IMG/VR virus record: IMGVR_UViG_3300028829_003504
Span: 124,001-188,000 of that record
Reading direction: 5' to 3' (one strand)
Length of the DNA stretch: 64,000 bases
A program made the position numbers and the translations under genes. The notes beneath the pieces were generated by a model. It was not told where the DNA came from, made no database searches, and saw only the letters and a list, made by a program, of their open reading frames with translations. Below are positions 17,968 through 27,214 of the stretch, in pieces (position 1 is the stretch's first letter; each line of letters begins with the position of its first letter).

Positions 17968-19725
17968 TTAGTCTTCTTCGTCAAAATCGGTGTCGTCATC
18001 TAAATCATCAAGATCTTCATCACCATCTAGGTCGTCATCTAAATCATCAAGATCTTCATCACCATCTAGGTCGTCATCTAAATCATCGATGGCGTCAAGG
18101 TCTTCGGCAAGTTCTTCGTCAGCATCGATTGAAGAGATATGATCTTTATACATTTTAGTGATTTCGGCATCCGTTAATTTACGGACGTCACGAGGTTTGA
18201 TTAAACCTTCCTCCAGTAACGCGTCAATCATTAAGTCAACATGAGGAAGTTCCTCATCGTCAGTGCCGAAGTGCTGGTCATAAGCGGCTAGTATAGCTGC
18301 ATCGTCCATTTTACGTAACTGCTTAGCATCAACAAAATCACCGTCACTCAAGGCATCGGCCATTGCATCAAAATCTAACTCAGAATCAATTTCTTCGTCA
18401 AGGCCGGTTTCATCACCGTCTTCATCAATTAGGTCATCTTCTAGATCGCCGTCCAAATCATCGATATCGGAAAGGTCTTCGGCAAGTTCCATATCATCTT
18501 CGTCCACACCGTCACCTTCGGTAGCACCAATCAATTCAGCAAGGCGTAAGGCATCCCCTTTACTGATGATTTTGCTAATATCAGAGGTTTCTTCATAGTT
18601 TTCTTCGATGTAAGTAATCATAACGTCAGTGGAGTAGTTCTCAAGTAAGAACTCCGCAATCGCTTCCGAGTCACCGTTGAATTGTGAAAACACTTCTTCA
18701 TCTAATGTAGAGGCCATTTCTGAATTTTCTTCTTCGTCCAAGTCATCGCCGTCAACCATATCATCAAAGTCGAAGTCATCTTCATGGCTATCTTCTTCGT
18801 CAAAACCTTCATCAGGCTTAACCTGTTGTAGTAGTTCGGCTGCGCGGGTAATAGTAAGTTGCTTAACTACTACCTTATCACCAGTTGCGTCAAACACAAG
18901 ACGGGCACCTTCTTCGGTTTTACGGGCACCGACAAACATAAACTCTGTGCCCCTATCCGACTCAAGTAGAGTACCTAGTACAAGAGGCTCACCGAAAGCT
19001 TTAGCGGCACGGTCTTGCGCTTTAGTAGACTTCTCCCATAGACCAGTAGTAACAATCTTCTTAGCCTTAATTGACATAGTTAAAGGTACGTCGAGTTCGA
19101 CGTCTTGCTCAGGTAAATCTTGAACCACAGTACAGTTTATGGCAACAACAGGACTGTTTGGATCATCGACAATCTCAGGCGCGAATACTTCTGTATTAAT
19201 TCTAAGGTCACCGTCATAGTCATATAAACTATCAAAGTGGTCACGTACTACTTTTGAAACTTTAGATATCAAGGGCTCAAGTATAGGTTTGTCGGCAAAC
19301 GAATCGATAAACACTTTCGCTTTAGTCTTGCTAGACTTAGGCTTACTGGTTTTACTCTTGCTAGACTTAGGTTTACTGGTTTTACTCTTGCTAGACTTAG
19401 GTTTACTAGTTTTACTCTTGCTAGACTTAGGCTTACTAGTTTTACTCTTGCTAGACTTCATAGGCTTGCCGTGAACTTCCTCGAACAGTTCAGCATCTAT
19501 GATATTTGCAAAACCTTTACCGCTATCTTCAATCTGCGAAGCTCTAGGTTTTTCTATTTCAGTTAGGCTTGCGCCGACTTTAACCATACTGCCTGCCATT
19601 AGTTGCTTGCTTCGACCAGTTACTTTATAACCACGAGTAGTAACGCTTTCAATTTTGCCTGACGTACCGTCTAATAGTTGAACTTTACGTTTAATCAATG
19701 ATTCGTTGTTTTGTACTTTAGCCAT
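17968..19725 (-). CDS. Large protein with basic repeat region and acidic C-terminal half
   Basis: Start MAKVQNN (AAGGA RBS); KPKSSKSKTS repeats; DDLDGDEDL repeats. Confidence 0.85.
   Translation of the reverse strand: MAKVQNNESLIKRKVQLLDGTSGKIESVTTRGYKVTGRSKQLMAGSMVKVGASLTEIEKPRASQIEDSGKGFANIIDAELFEEVHGKPMKSSKSKTSKPKSSKSKTSKPKSSKSKTSKPKSSKSKTSKPKSSKTKAKVFIDSFADKPILEPLISKVSKVVRDHFDSLYDYDGDLRINTEVFAPEIVDDPNSPVVAINCTVVQDLPEQDVELDVPLTMSIKAKKIVTTGLWEKSTKAQDRAAKAFGEPLVLGTLLESDRGTEFMFVGARKTEEGARLVFDATGDKVVVKQLTITRAAELLQQVKPDEGFDEEDSHEDDFDFDDMVDGDDLDEEENSEMASTLDEEVFSQFNGDSEAIAEFLLENYSTDVMITYIEENYEETSDISKIISKGDALRLAELIGATEGDGVDEDDMELAEDLSDIDDLDGDLEDDLIDEDGDETGLDEEIDSELDFDAMADALSDGDFVDAKQLRKMDDAAILAAYDQHFGTDDEELPHVDLMIDALLEEGLIKPRDVRKLTDAEITKMYKDHISSIDADEELAEDLDAIDDLDDDLDGDEDLDDLDDDLDGDEDLDDLDDDTDFDEED
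17993..18087. repeat. 39-nt tandem coding repeat (DDLDDDLDGDEDL)
   Basis: About 2.5 direct units visible. Confidence 0.85.
19327..19458. repeat. 30-nt tandem coding repeat (KPKSSKSKTS, about 4.5 units)
   Basis: CTTGCTAGACTTAGG(C/T)TTACT(G/A)GTTTTACT units. Confidence 0.9.
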
Positions 19726-19811
19726 GATATGTTTTCCTTTAAATTTGTAATTAAGTTGGGCTTGGGTTTTTACTTTTGCTTTTAGCTTCTTTTTAACGTA
19801 TGTCTCACCAA

Positions 19812-20624
19812 TCAATTAGATAAGGGAAACACGTCGCTGACCTCCATAACAGCGGTCTTACCAGATTTAACATTCAATAGGCGAACTCTCTCCTTACTAG
19901 CACTTGCCGCAATAATTCTATAGACGCGGTCATCAATTTGAATTGGTTTCCAGAACAACTTAGGTGAAAGACCTTTAGTTGAAAGTTTCTTAGCTTGCAC
20001 TTTGAACTTCTTCTCTAGTTCAGCTTTTTTAGAATTGCTATATGGATTAACACCAGTCACTTTAGTTTTGACTAGTTTTGCACCAGATTCTGTTGATTGC
20101 TTCGTTCCATCCGAAGCCTGTTTCTTTTTTAAAGGTTTGCGCTCTTTGATTTTAGGAGAAGATGTATCACCAGACAAAGCAGCTAACACGGCTTTCTTTG
20201 TGCCGTTGACAATTCTACCATTCTCCTTACGGAGACGGAACTTGCCATTTTCAAAACCAACGATCATCACTTCTACCTCTCTAACAGAGATTACTTTGCC
20301 GAACATATTGTTCTTAATACCGTCTTCGTCGGTAATGCTTTCTTTGTACTGCACACGTAACGCTTTCTTCTCACCACGTACAAACTCTAGACCAGAAACT
20401 TCACTGGAAGGGGCTATCGCTTTTACTGTTGGTGTTTTCTTTTGTTCAGGTTGACCGTTGGGTTTGAATTTTATTGTGATAGTTCCGTTATCTTGGTCGA
20501 TAACCATACCACGAGTATTAAGTTTAAGGACATCTACTAATGATGCGCTGCCTTGGTTTGAACCAACAGAAACGATTTCATTTATAGCTTTACGGATTGC
20601 GCTTAATTTTAATTGAACAGTCAT
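19812..20624 (-). CDS. Hypothetical basic protein
   Basis: Start MTVQLK (AGGAG RBS); three promoter motifs upstream. Confidence 0.75.
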   Translation of the reverse strand: MTVQLKLSAIRKAINEIVSVGSNQGSASLVDVLKLNTRGMVIDQDNGTITIKFKPNGQPEQKKTPTVKAIAPSSEVSGLEFVRGEKKALRVQYKESITDEDGIKNNMFGKVISVREVEVMIVGFENGKFRLRKENGRIVNGTKKAVLAALSGDTSSPKIKERKPLKKKQASDGTKQSTESGAKLVKTKVTGVNPYSNSKKAELEKKFKVQAKKLSTKGLSPKLFWKPIQIDDRVYRIIAASASKERVRLLNVKSGKTAVMEVSDVFPLSN

Positions 20625-20941
20625 GACGACTTCTCCTATGTTTATACAACATTCGCTCAACGTGAGCTTTCGGTTTATATGAGGGGGTTTGAAGTTGAAA
20701 AGTGTTGCTTCAACTTGATTACATTATAGCAAAATATAAGGTGGTTGACTAAGGTATTATTGGCCACTATTAGGCAATGTATCTATGCGATACTCGAATA
20801 CTAATATTATCAATTGCAACTCACTATCTTTACAGTTTTATAAATACCAGTTAGTGCTTATATTGAGGCTGAAACGTTTTGCTTCAACTGGACGCATTAT
20901 AACAAATATCAGCCCCTGTGTCTTGTTTGTTTCAGACGGCA

Positions 20942-21106
20942 CTAGGCAAGCAAGCAGAATAGACATATCGCTACCATGCACGATATAAGCAAAGCTAGTA
21001 ACATACGGTCAGCACGTTTTGATTTACGTATGACTTCTTCTATAGCTTCTGTCCTACGGAGTTCGTGGACTTCATCACGCCACTTGTGTATAGATTGATT
21101 ACTCAT
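20942..21106 (-). CDS. Small membrane-anchored protein
   Basis: MSNQSIH... ending in hydrophobic LLALLISCMVAICLFCLLA. Confidence 0.6.
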   Translation of the reverse strand: MSNQSIHKWRDEVHELRRTEAIEEVIRKSKRADRMLLALLISCMVAICLFCLLA

Positions 21107-21731
21107 AGTCACCCTCAACCCAACGCTTGTTGCCACTAATGTACATTACAATATCACCAGTCTCTACTTCACGGGCTACGCCGCTAATTATACCCTTAGT
21201 GGATATTTCACCGATTGCTTCTAAACTATTAAGTCTACCTGTCATCAGAGAACCTTTGTGTGGAGTTAATGTGATACAATACTTCGCATCTTTATTTCCA
21301 TTAGGGAACACAGGTTTAGTCTCGTCTCCATAGTCTTCACCGAAAGTACCTTCGTGGTGTTCTTCTTTCCAGAAACGATAAACGCGATTTGTCATTTCGT
21401 AGTGAAGTCTTGTTTTGAGTTCACGTGGTATATCCATCATACACATACCGTGAAGTGCCTGCCAAGTCCAGAAGCCGTTGCCAGGTAATCCCTGCTCAGA
21501 TCCACTTGAACGAACAACTAACGCAGCTAGCATAGGCAGGCGATTGTTGTGGCAGAATAGATTCACACGATCTAAATGACTGCCCAATACTTTACCCAAC
21601 TGACTGCCTGTTTCAGGTACTTGCATCGGTCTGGTATTGTTTATCGCCTCTGCCAGTTTCTTGTATGAAATGGTCTTTTCCTCAATGGCACAATCAATCA
21701 GGACTTGAAGAATTTTAGAATATATGTTCAT
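21099..21731 (-). CDS. Hypothetical winged-helix-like protein
   Basis: TISYKKLA...LG..LD.VN......LPMLAALVV...GLPGNGFW pattern. Confidence 0.7.
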   Translation of the reverse strand: MNIYSKILQVLIDCAIEEKTISYKKLAEAINNTRPMQVPETGSQLGKVLGSHLDRVNLFCHNNRLPMLAALVVRSSGSEQGLPGNGFWTWQALHGMCMMDIPRELKTRLHYEMTNRVYRFWKEEHHEGTFGEDYGDETKPVFPNGNKDAKYCITLTPHKGSLMTGRLNSLEAIGEISTKGIISGVAREVETGDIVMYISGNKRWVEGDYE

Positions 21732-21833
21732 AGATAAGATCTCTCTATATAGAAACAGTTCGTGGAACTGTGAGCTACAACACGCGGCTCATTGCAGGGC
21801 ACTAGCTAGAATGCCCTGAATATGAAGCGCAGG

Positions 21834-22064
21834 TTAATTGCTTGCTTGCATACCATACCCGTCATCATCATGTGTAATAAGGATAGTACTGCCATCCTCA
21901 AATGTGTAAGTACAGTGCTCGTCATCCTCGCCGTGAACTTCTATAGGTGACACCATCAAGTCACAACACATGTCGGCGGTAGCTGCAACCGCCTCGCTGT
22001 AATTCTCACTGTGGCAGTCTTCAAGTATCTGTTGCGCTATGTTTTTCTTTTCAGGTTCTGTCAT
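21834..22064 (-). CDS. Small acidic hypothetical protein
   Basis: 76 aa, GGAG RBS. Confidence 0.7.
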   Translation of the reverse strand: MTEPEKKNIAQQILEDCHSENYSEAVAATADMCCDLMVSPIEVHGEDDEHCTYTFEDGSTILITHDDDGYGMQASN

Positions 22065-22066
22065 GG

Positions 22067-22441
22067 TTATTCTCCAGTTGGTTTTAGGCTTTCAATTGTT
22101 TGCTCAATATCATAATTCTTACCGAATGTAACGAAGCGGCGGTAAGCAGGGACTCTACTATATGCCGTTTGAATACCCACTCGCTTCTCGCTTAGGTTCT
22201 CCATCATAGTAGATAGTGCTTCCTCAACGGTAGCACCTGTCGCAGTAGCAGTAAGGGGCAATTCATGTTTAATGTTTTCAGGTATACCGACATAAATACA
22301 TTCAGGATGGTGAGGTTCGTCCGAAGCATTCAAAGTAACAGTTACTTGGGAGACTGTATCTGTACTAAATAACTCGGTACGGGTTTTGGTAAGCAAGTGA
22401 ATTGTCAGGTCATTCTCTGACAAGAATTTAAGTAAGTTCAT
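22067..22441 (-). CDS. Hypothetical protein
   Basis: Start MNLLKF (AAGGGA RBS). Confidence 0.7.
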   Translation of the reverse strand: MNLLKFLSENDLTIHLLTKTRTELFSTDTVSQVTVTLNASDEPHHPECIYVGIPENIKHELPLTATATGATVEEALSTMMENLSEKRVGIQTAYSRVPAYRRFVTFGKNYDIEQTIESLKPTGE

Positions 22442-22452
22442 AATATATTCCC

Positions 22453-22794
22453 TTAGGGATGCCCGTAGTTGGCTTCGTCTTGTTCTTTTAGGATCTGCAA
22501 CATTTCGGCGAAACATTCAGGGCGATGCGATTCGATTTCGTCATCAAGTTCTGATTCAGGTATCCCATTAAGTATATCTTCGGCCACAGCACGTAAGTAG
22601 CAAGATAAGGCTTCATCTAACTGCTTACCTAGTGGTACCTCACCTTGTATACCAGAACCGCGGTACCTAGATGTATCTAATGAGTAAGACTGACGAAACC
22701 GCTGATACTTAAATGAGCGGAGAGTGCAAAGTACCTCAGCACGTTCGTGTAAGTACTTGTGTATATGTTGTGTAAACTGAGTAGGCTCTAGCAT
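22453..22794 (-). CDS. Hypothetical protein
   Basis: Start MLEPTQ (AGGA RBS). Confidence 0.65.
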   Translation of the reverse strand: MLEPTQFTQHIHKYLHERAEVLCTLRSFKYQRFRQSYSLDTSRYRGSGIQGEVPLGKQLDEALSCYLRAVAEDILNGIPESELDDEIESHRPECFAEMLQILKEQDEANYGHP

Positions 22795-22875
22795 AGTAGA
22801 AGTTCCTGTAATTAAATACTGCGACGGGCGATACCTCAATCTCCGTATTAACGTATCCGTATTCGGAATAATTCC

Positions 22876-23190
22876 TTATTCTTCTGATTCGGTTTGTGCA
22901 AAGTCAGGTCGTATTGACGTGGATATGTCATAGACCGTATCATTCATTTGTGCGAATACCGCGACAATGCCGTAAACGACTACCGAGATGCCTGCTCCAA
23001 GGAACCCCATCCAACCTGGAATGTATTCATCTATAGTCAAACTTACAACTCCGTTAAGAGTCGCTACTGCCGCTAAGGTCGTAAGTACTAAAATATAAAT
23101 CTTACGTTTAGTAGCTTTGTCATACAGTCTTTCAAGTACTTCGAATTCTTTATCAGTCATAGCTTTTTTAATGTCATTGGTATTACGCAT
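22876..23190 (-). CDS. Two-TM membrane protein
   Basis: Hydrophobic IYILVLTTLAAVATLNGVV and WMGFLGAGISVVVYGIVAVFA. Confidence 0.75.
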   Translation of the reverse strand: MRNTNDIKKAMTDKEFEVLERLYDKATKRKIYILVLTTLAAVATLNGVVSLTIDEYIPGWMGFLGAGISVVVYGIVAVFAQMNDTVYDISTSIRPDFAQTESEE

Positions 23191-23247
23191 AACAACTCCG
23201 TTCTCGTATTAAGTATTTGCCGTTGGGTTAAATTAGATGTAAGGGAT

Positions 23248-23370
23248 TTAATATTGAGCTCCAGACAATAACCCTACAAGAATTAGCACAACTAAAGCTA
23301 CTATAGGTGTGCTCATAAATGCCTCAATAGCAAGTCTTATACGTGTAGATCTATTCAATTTAATTTTCAT
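23248..23370 (-). CDS. 40-aa membrane peptide
   Basis: MKIKLNRSTRIRLAIEAFMSTPIVALVVLILVGLLSGAQY; AAGGA RBS; below the ORF-track cutoff. Confidence 0.55.
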   Translation of the reverse strand: MKIKLNRSTRIRLAIEAFMSTPIVALVVLILVGLLSGAQY

Positions 23371-23432
23371 AGTAGTATTCCTTTAAGTGTAAGTAATAAG
23401 GTAGGGTGCGTAGCCCTTAACTTGTGTTTTAA

Positions 23433-25268
23433 TTAATCCATATTAATCAATTTACGAACTTCAAACAAAGAGAACTCAATGCCTTTAAGGCACATAAAGT
23501 TTTCAGTATCGGAGTTCGAAGTGACCAACATTAGAATCTGCTCTACGGTAAAATCTATATCCTTTATAGTTTTGAAAACCCCGCCCTTAGTAACTTTACG
23601 TTTATGTAAGGCGAATCTAATTTTCTTCACCCAAGCATCAAAGACCTCGTAGAGAAGGATTTCCAGTTTCTTATAAGTAGGATCAGTAATTAATGTGACG
23701 CCCAGTTCCTTTACCATAACCTTCATATTGTGATATTTTAACGCTGAGGGTGTTTCTTCACACACAGTCAAAGTATATAAAGCTACAATATATGAATCTG
23801 GGGCAAAAGCTAAAATTTCTTCTTCAAAGCCATTTATGTTACATTTGATAAGTGCGCTTATGATTTCCATGCGGTCCATAGGCTCAAGGTCACTTTCGAA
23901 TTCAAAATCGGAGCTACTGGCTGGGTTAATTTTACGTTTACCTGTAAGCATATGACCGATTTCATCTTCGTCGTGTCCGCCTTCGTCCCAGGCGTCCTCT
24001 TCATCCTCTTCATCCCACGCTGCGTCTTCCTCTTCTTCGTCCCAGTCGTCTTCTTCGTCGTTTGCGTAGTACTCACGTACATCAGAATAGGACATGGCGT
24101 CAAGCATATCACGAGTAATACCATTGTCTTCAGCTAAAATCATTTGGCGGAGCTGGCCGTTAGTCTTAACCTTATGAGGTTTCTTTTCAAGATCTACTAT
24201 GAGGTATTCCTCATACAACGTGTTAATCTTTTCATCAGACGCCTTACAGTAAAAGTCTTTACCTATATAAGCAACAGAATAAAGATATAGGGCTTTGCGC
24301 GAAGCTTCTTCCGAGCGAGCGGATGTATGACTAATACCAGTTAATTGGTATTCCCTTTCCTTAAGTCTAGTAATCGTTTCAGTAAGGGTAGATACTCTAT
24401 TGTTGTAAAGTTCACGGCAGTTGGCTTGACCCGCCATACCTTCTTTAGGTTTATCGCGTGAACTACAGAAGACTGCGTGGGTCATAGGCTTAAGGAATTT
24501 CGAAGCACACCAACAGCACTTACACGTAGCTCCTTTAGGAAAGTCTTTAACTGCTGAATTAGATGCCTTCAGATCACTAAGTTCTGTCTCTGCCGATAGT
24601 CTACGGGCAATTATGTGATCTAGTTGAGTAGGGTTCTTCTTTCCTAGTTCTGATAATTCGATAGTTTCCATGCCAGTGGCCTCGTCTAATGTTGGTACGT
24701 TTGCGGTTTTATCATCTGCCTTTATATCTTCGTGAATGGCTTCATAATCTAAACCAAGAAACTTTGCCTCATCTTTAGATAGAGATTTAACAGTCTTCTT
24801 AGAAAGGCGGTTGTGTTTACGTATAGCAGTATCCTCAACTTCCTGACGTCGATTCTTCTCAGCAAGAGCGGCCTGCTCAACATACATCGAGCAAGTTATT
24901 TTGCCGTTGGTAGGGTCACGGTATAAATCGATTTGAGAGAAGCGTCCGGAGCCTTGCTTGAAAGCCGTTATGCTATAGTCTTCCGTATCTTCTATATTGA
25001 TACGTTTCATGTTAAGGCGCCCGAATAAAAAGCTTGTTAGAGATACACCCACTCCCTCTTTACCAGATCGTCGGCAAGTGTAACCTCTACTGTCTTTGAT
25101 AATAAACAGGTGGCCGTGAGGAGCTCGTTTACATAAGGTATGCTCATTAAACAAATGCTGTTTGTCGCCATCTATAATGATTGATTCAGTTTCACCTGAA
25201 GGGTCGTAACTGTTAGAAGTTAAACGTACTTCAACTATGGTTTGTTCTTGTTCTTTCATAATATACAT
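23433..25268 (-). CDS. Multidomain hypothetical protein (Zn finger, acidic tract, helical repeat modules)
   Basis: CKCCWC...FCS...CR motif; DDWDEEEE tract; 611 aa. Confidence 0.8.
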   Translation of the reverse strand: MYIMKEQEQTIVEVRLTSNSYDPSGETESIIIDGDKQHLFNEHTLCKRAPHGHLFIIKDSRGYTCRRSGKEGVGVSLTSFLFGRLNMKRINIEDTEDYSITAFKQGSGRFSQIDLYRDPTNGKITCSMYVEQAALAEKNRRQEVEDTAIRKHNRLSKKTVKSLSKDEAKFLGLDYEAIHEDIKADDKTANVPTLDEATGMETIELSELGKKNPTQLDHIIARRLSAETELSDLKASNSAVKDFPKGATCKCCWCASKFLKPMTHAVFCSSRDKPKEGMAGQANCRELYNNRVSTLTETITRLKEREYQLTGISHTSARSEEASRKALYLYSVAYIGKDFYCKASDEKINTLYEEYLIVDLEKKPHKVKTNGQLRQMILAEDNGITRDMLDAMSYSDVREYYANDEEDDWDEEEEDAAWDEEDEEDAWDEGGHDEDEIGHMLTGKRKINPASSSDFEFESDLEPMDRMEIISALIKCNINGFEEEILAFAPDSYIVALYTLTVCEETPSALKYHNMKVMVKELGVTLITDPTYKKLEILLYEVFDAWVKKIRFALHKRKVTKGGVFKTIKDIDFTVEQILMLVTSNSDTENFMCLKGIEFSLFEVRKLINMD

Positions 25269-25284
25269 TCCATTTGATCCTAAT

Positions 25285-25320
25285 TAATAGTAAAAGTTTC
25301 TTTTGAAACTTTTACTATTA
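25285..25320. promoter_or_regulatory. 16-bp perfect inverted repeat over a -10 box and start site
   Basis: TAATAGTAAAAGTTTC-TTTT-GAAACTTTTACTATTA. Confidence 0.7.
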
Positions 25321-25398
25321 TAGTATATAAGAGGCCACTAAGTATATGCTATTTTGGGAAGGTCTTAGGCGCTGAAACGACAAGAGAGCCGAAGCTCC

Positions 25399-25854
25399 CT
25401 AATGTAGTGTTCTATCTAACTGATCTAGCTGGGCGACAATCATGCCGGATAGTGATGGAAGTACTTTGAACGTGGCATTTTGCAATAATATTTTTACGTC
25501 ATATTCATCAAAGTATTCAATCAAGAAGCAGAAGGGATTATTGTTTCCATTGACTGAGGCGTCATTAATAATATATCTGAACATTTCGTCTCGACCCCAA
25601 TCGCCAGTTCTGTCCAGTTCCATGTAACCGTTGCATAGTAGAATTAGGATTTCTCCGCGCAGGCCTTCTAATACATGCTCTCTACTTTCTTCTGGATTAC
25701 GTTCAATGTTGTTGCTGGCTAACAAGTCGGCATCACATGAAATAAGGTAGTTTTCCAGAGAAGCGTATGTCACTTCCTTTCGGGTAGATAAGTATGTACT
25801 TATTGCGTCACCTAATAAGTCACCTAGTACGCAGAATTTAAGAGTCTTACTCAC
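25399..25854 (-). CDS. Hypothetical protein
   Basis: 151 aa, GTGA overlap with the upstream gene. Confidence 0.7.
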   Translation of the reverse strand: MSKTLKFCVLGDLLGDAISTYLSTRKEVTYASLENYLISCDADLLASNNIERNPEESREHVLEGLRGEILILLCNGYMELDRTGDWGRDEMFRYIINDASVNGNNNPFCFLIEYFDEYDVKILLQNATFKVLPSLSGMIVAQLDQLDRTLH

Positions 25855-26327
25855 GGCTCCACGCCTCTATCTCGAAGTTGGGTAACAATCTTAACAAGCC
25901 TAGCATTGTTTGACTCTAGGTCACCGCATGACATACCCATATCACTATTGACATTATCAACAGCCGCGTATGTTACTTTAAGCAGTTCGTCTATTAAAGA
26001 GCCTTGACATTGCTTGGCTTTTTTACGGTCTACCTCTTTCTGGCAGATAGTTTTAAGGGCTACGCTCTCACGTTCTAACTTTTGCACCTTATCTTTGTAA
26101 CCTGTAAGAATGCCAATTAATGGATGCTTAACGAAACGAGCAAATGTTTCAATAGGGTAGATATTAAGATTTCGGTTGAGGGTAAAACCCGTACGCTTAT
26201 CGTCTACTATATACTGTACGATAACCCAATCAGCGGCGCTATCTGTTAAGATATCAGGTTTCTCTGTACGAGGTAAAGCTAAGTACCACTCACCAGACAC
26301 TAACTCAGGTAATTCTTGCGTTTCCAT
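25851..26327 (-). CDS. Hypothetical protein
   Basis: Start METQEL (AAGGA RBS). Confidence 0.7.
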   Translation of the reverse strand: METQELPELVSGEWYLALPRTEKPDILTDSAADWVIVQYIVDDKRTGFTLNRNLNIYPIETFARFVKHPLIGILTGYKDKVQKLERESVALKTICQKEVDRKKAKQCQGSLIDELLKVTYAAVDNVNSDMGMSCGDLESNNARLVKIVTQLRDRGVEP

Positions 26328-26337
26328 AATGACTTCC

Positions 26338-27192
26338 TTATTTGTTATCTCTATGGCAAGCTCGTCTCCACTTGCACCAGCGTTTAAATCTAGGTAACCA
26401 GTTTCGCCAACCACGGCCGGGTTCATACCAAGGGTTGAATACTTTACCTATTAGTTGTTCGTGGATAAGATACCACATTATGTCTCTACTTAACTCAGGA
26501 AGATTGGCGTCTTTGAGGTAGTCGCTTGACGCCCAGGTAAACCAGTTTCCGTCGTCATAATGTAGCTTCCTAATACTTCGTATGTAATCATCCATGTTAA
26601 AGCCAATGCGGCCTAATGTATGTACTAAATTACCCGACTGATGGAAGATAGGGAAATGCCTATAGCCACTGTCATCGATTGCAATTAGCTCTTTAGCATT
26701 ATCAAGGTCGTCACATGTGAAGTCTCGTAACCATTCAAAGAACTGCTGCTCTCGATTAATACCTCCGCCTCCACGTGTTTGCCCAACAACGAAAGGTAAA
26801 GGGTTTTCAATATTAAGCAATTCCATTAAGGCTTCAACTCCTCTACAGGTATCGGCGTTGCTTACCCAACTACTTACTATGATAAATCCAAACTTACCGT
26901 CTGAGGCCAAGGCACATAGATAAGACAAGGATTCAAACTGAACACCTCGAACATCATGCTTACCTATAGCGCCACTGTCAATATACTCCTTGTACTCGAC
27001 CAAGAACTTCTCTATTCTAGGATCTTGCATATTAGGATGATCATATCTTATATGGCTAAGCCAGGTATCGGCAAACACGCCATCAATATCAAGAGCAATA
27101 AATCCTTTATATTGCTTTAAGAATTCTTTGTCATACAGGCTCAGGTATTTAGTGTTACTCATAAAACTCCCATAGTTTAGTATGTCAGTCAT
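26338..27192 (-). CDS. HAD-superfamily phosphatase (RNA-repair 'Swiss army knife' type)
   Basis: FIALDIDGV (motif I), IIVSSW (motif II), IAIDD (motif IV). Confidence 0.75.
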   Translation of the reverse strand: MTDILNYGSFMSNTKYLSLYDKEFLKQYKGFIALDIDGVFADTWLSHIRYDHPNMQDPRIEKFLVEYKEYIDSGAIGKHDVRGVQFESLSYLCALASDGKFGFIIVSSWVSNADTCRGVEALMELLNIENPLPFVVGQTRGGGGINREQQFFEWLRDFTCDDLDNAKELIAIDDSGYRHFPIFHQSGNLVHTLGRIGFNMDDYIRSIRKLHYDDGNWFTWASSDYLKDANLPELSRDIMWYLIHEQLIGKVFNPWYEPGRGWRNWLPRFKRWCKWRRACHRDNK

Positions 27193-27214
27193 TTACAGTT
27201 CAATTAAAGATTGC

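Noticed and set aside
12517-19458. Tandem repeats as iterons or CRISPR
   Set aside because: Unit lengths are multiples of three, lack spacers and lie in frame in low-complexity proteins.
27190-27200. AACTGTAAA directly abutting the HAD gene ATG
   Set aside because: It leaves no room for a transcript start before that ATG; it may be chance or serve the later Met at 27162, so it was not counted.
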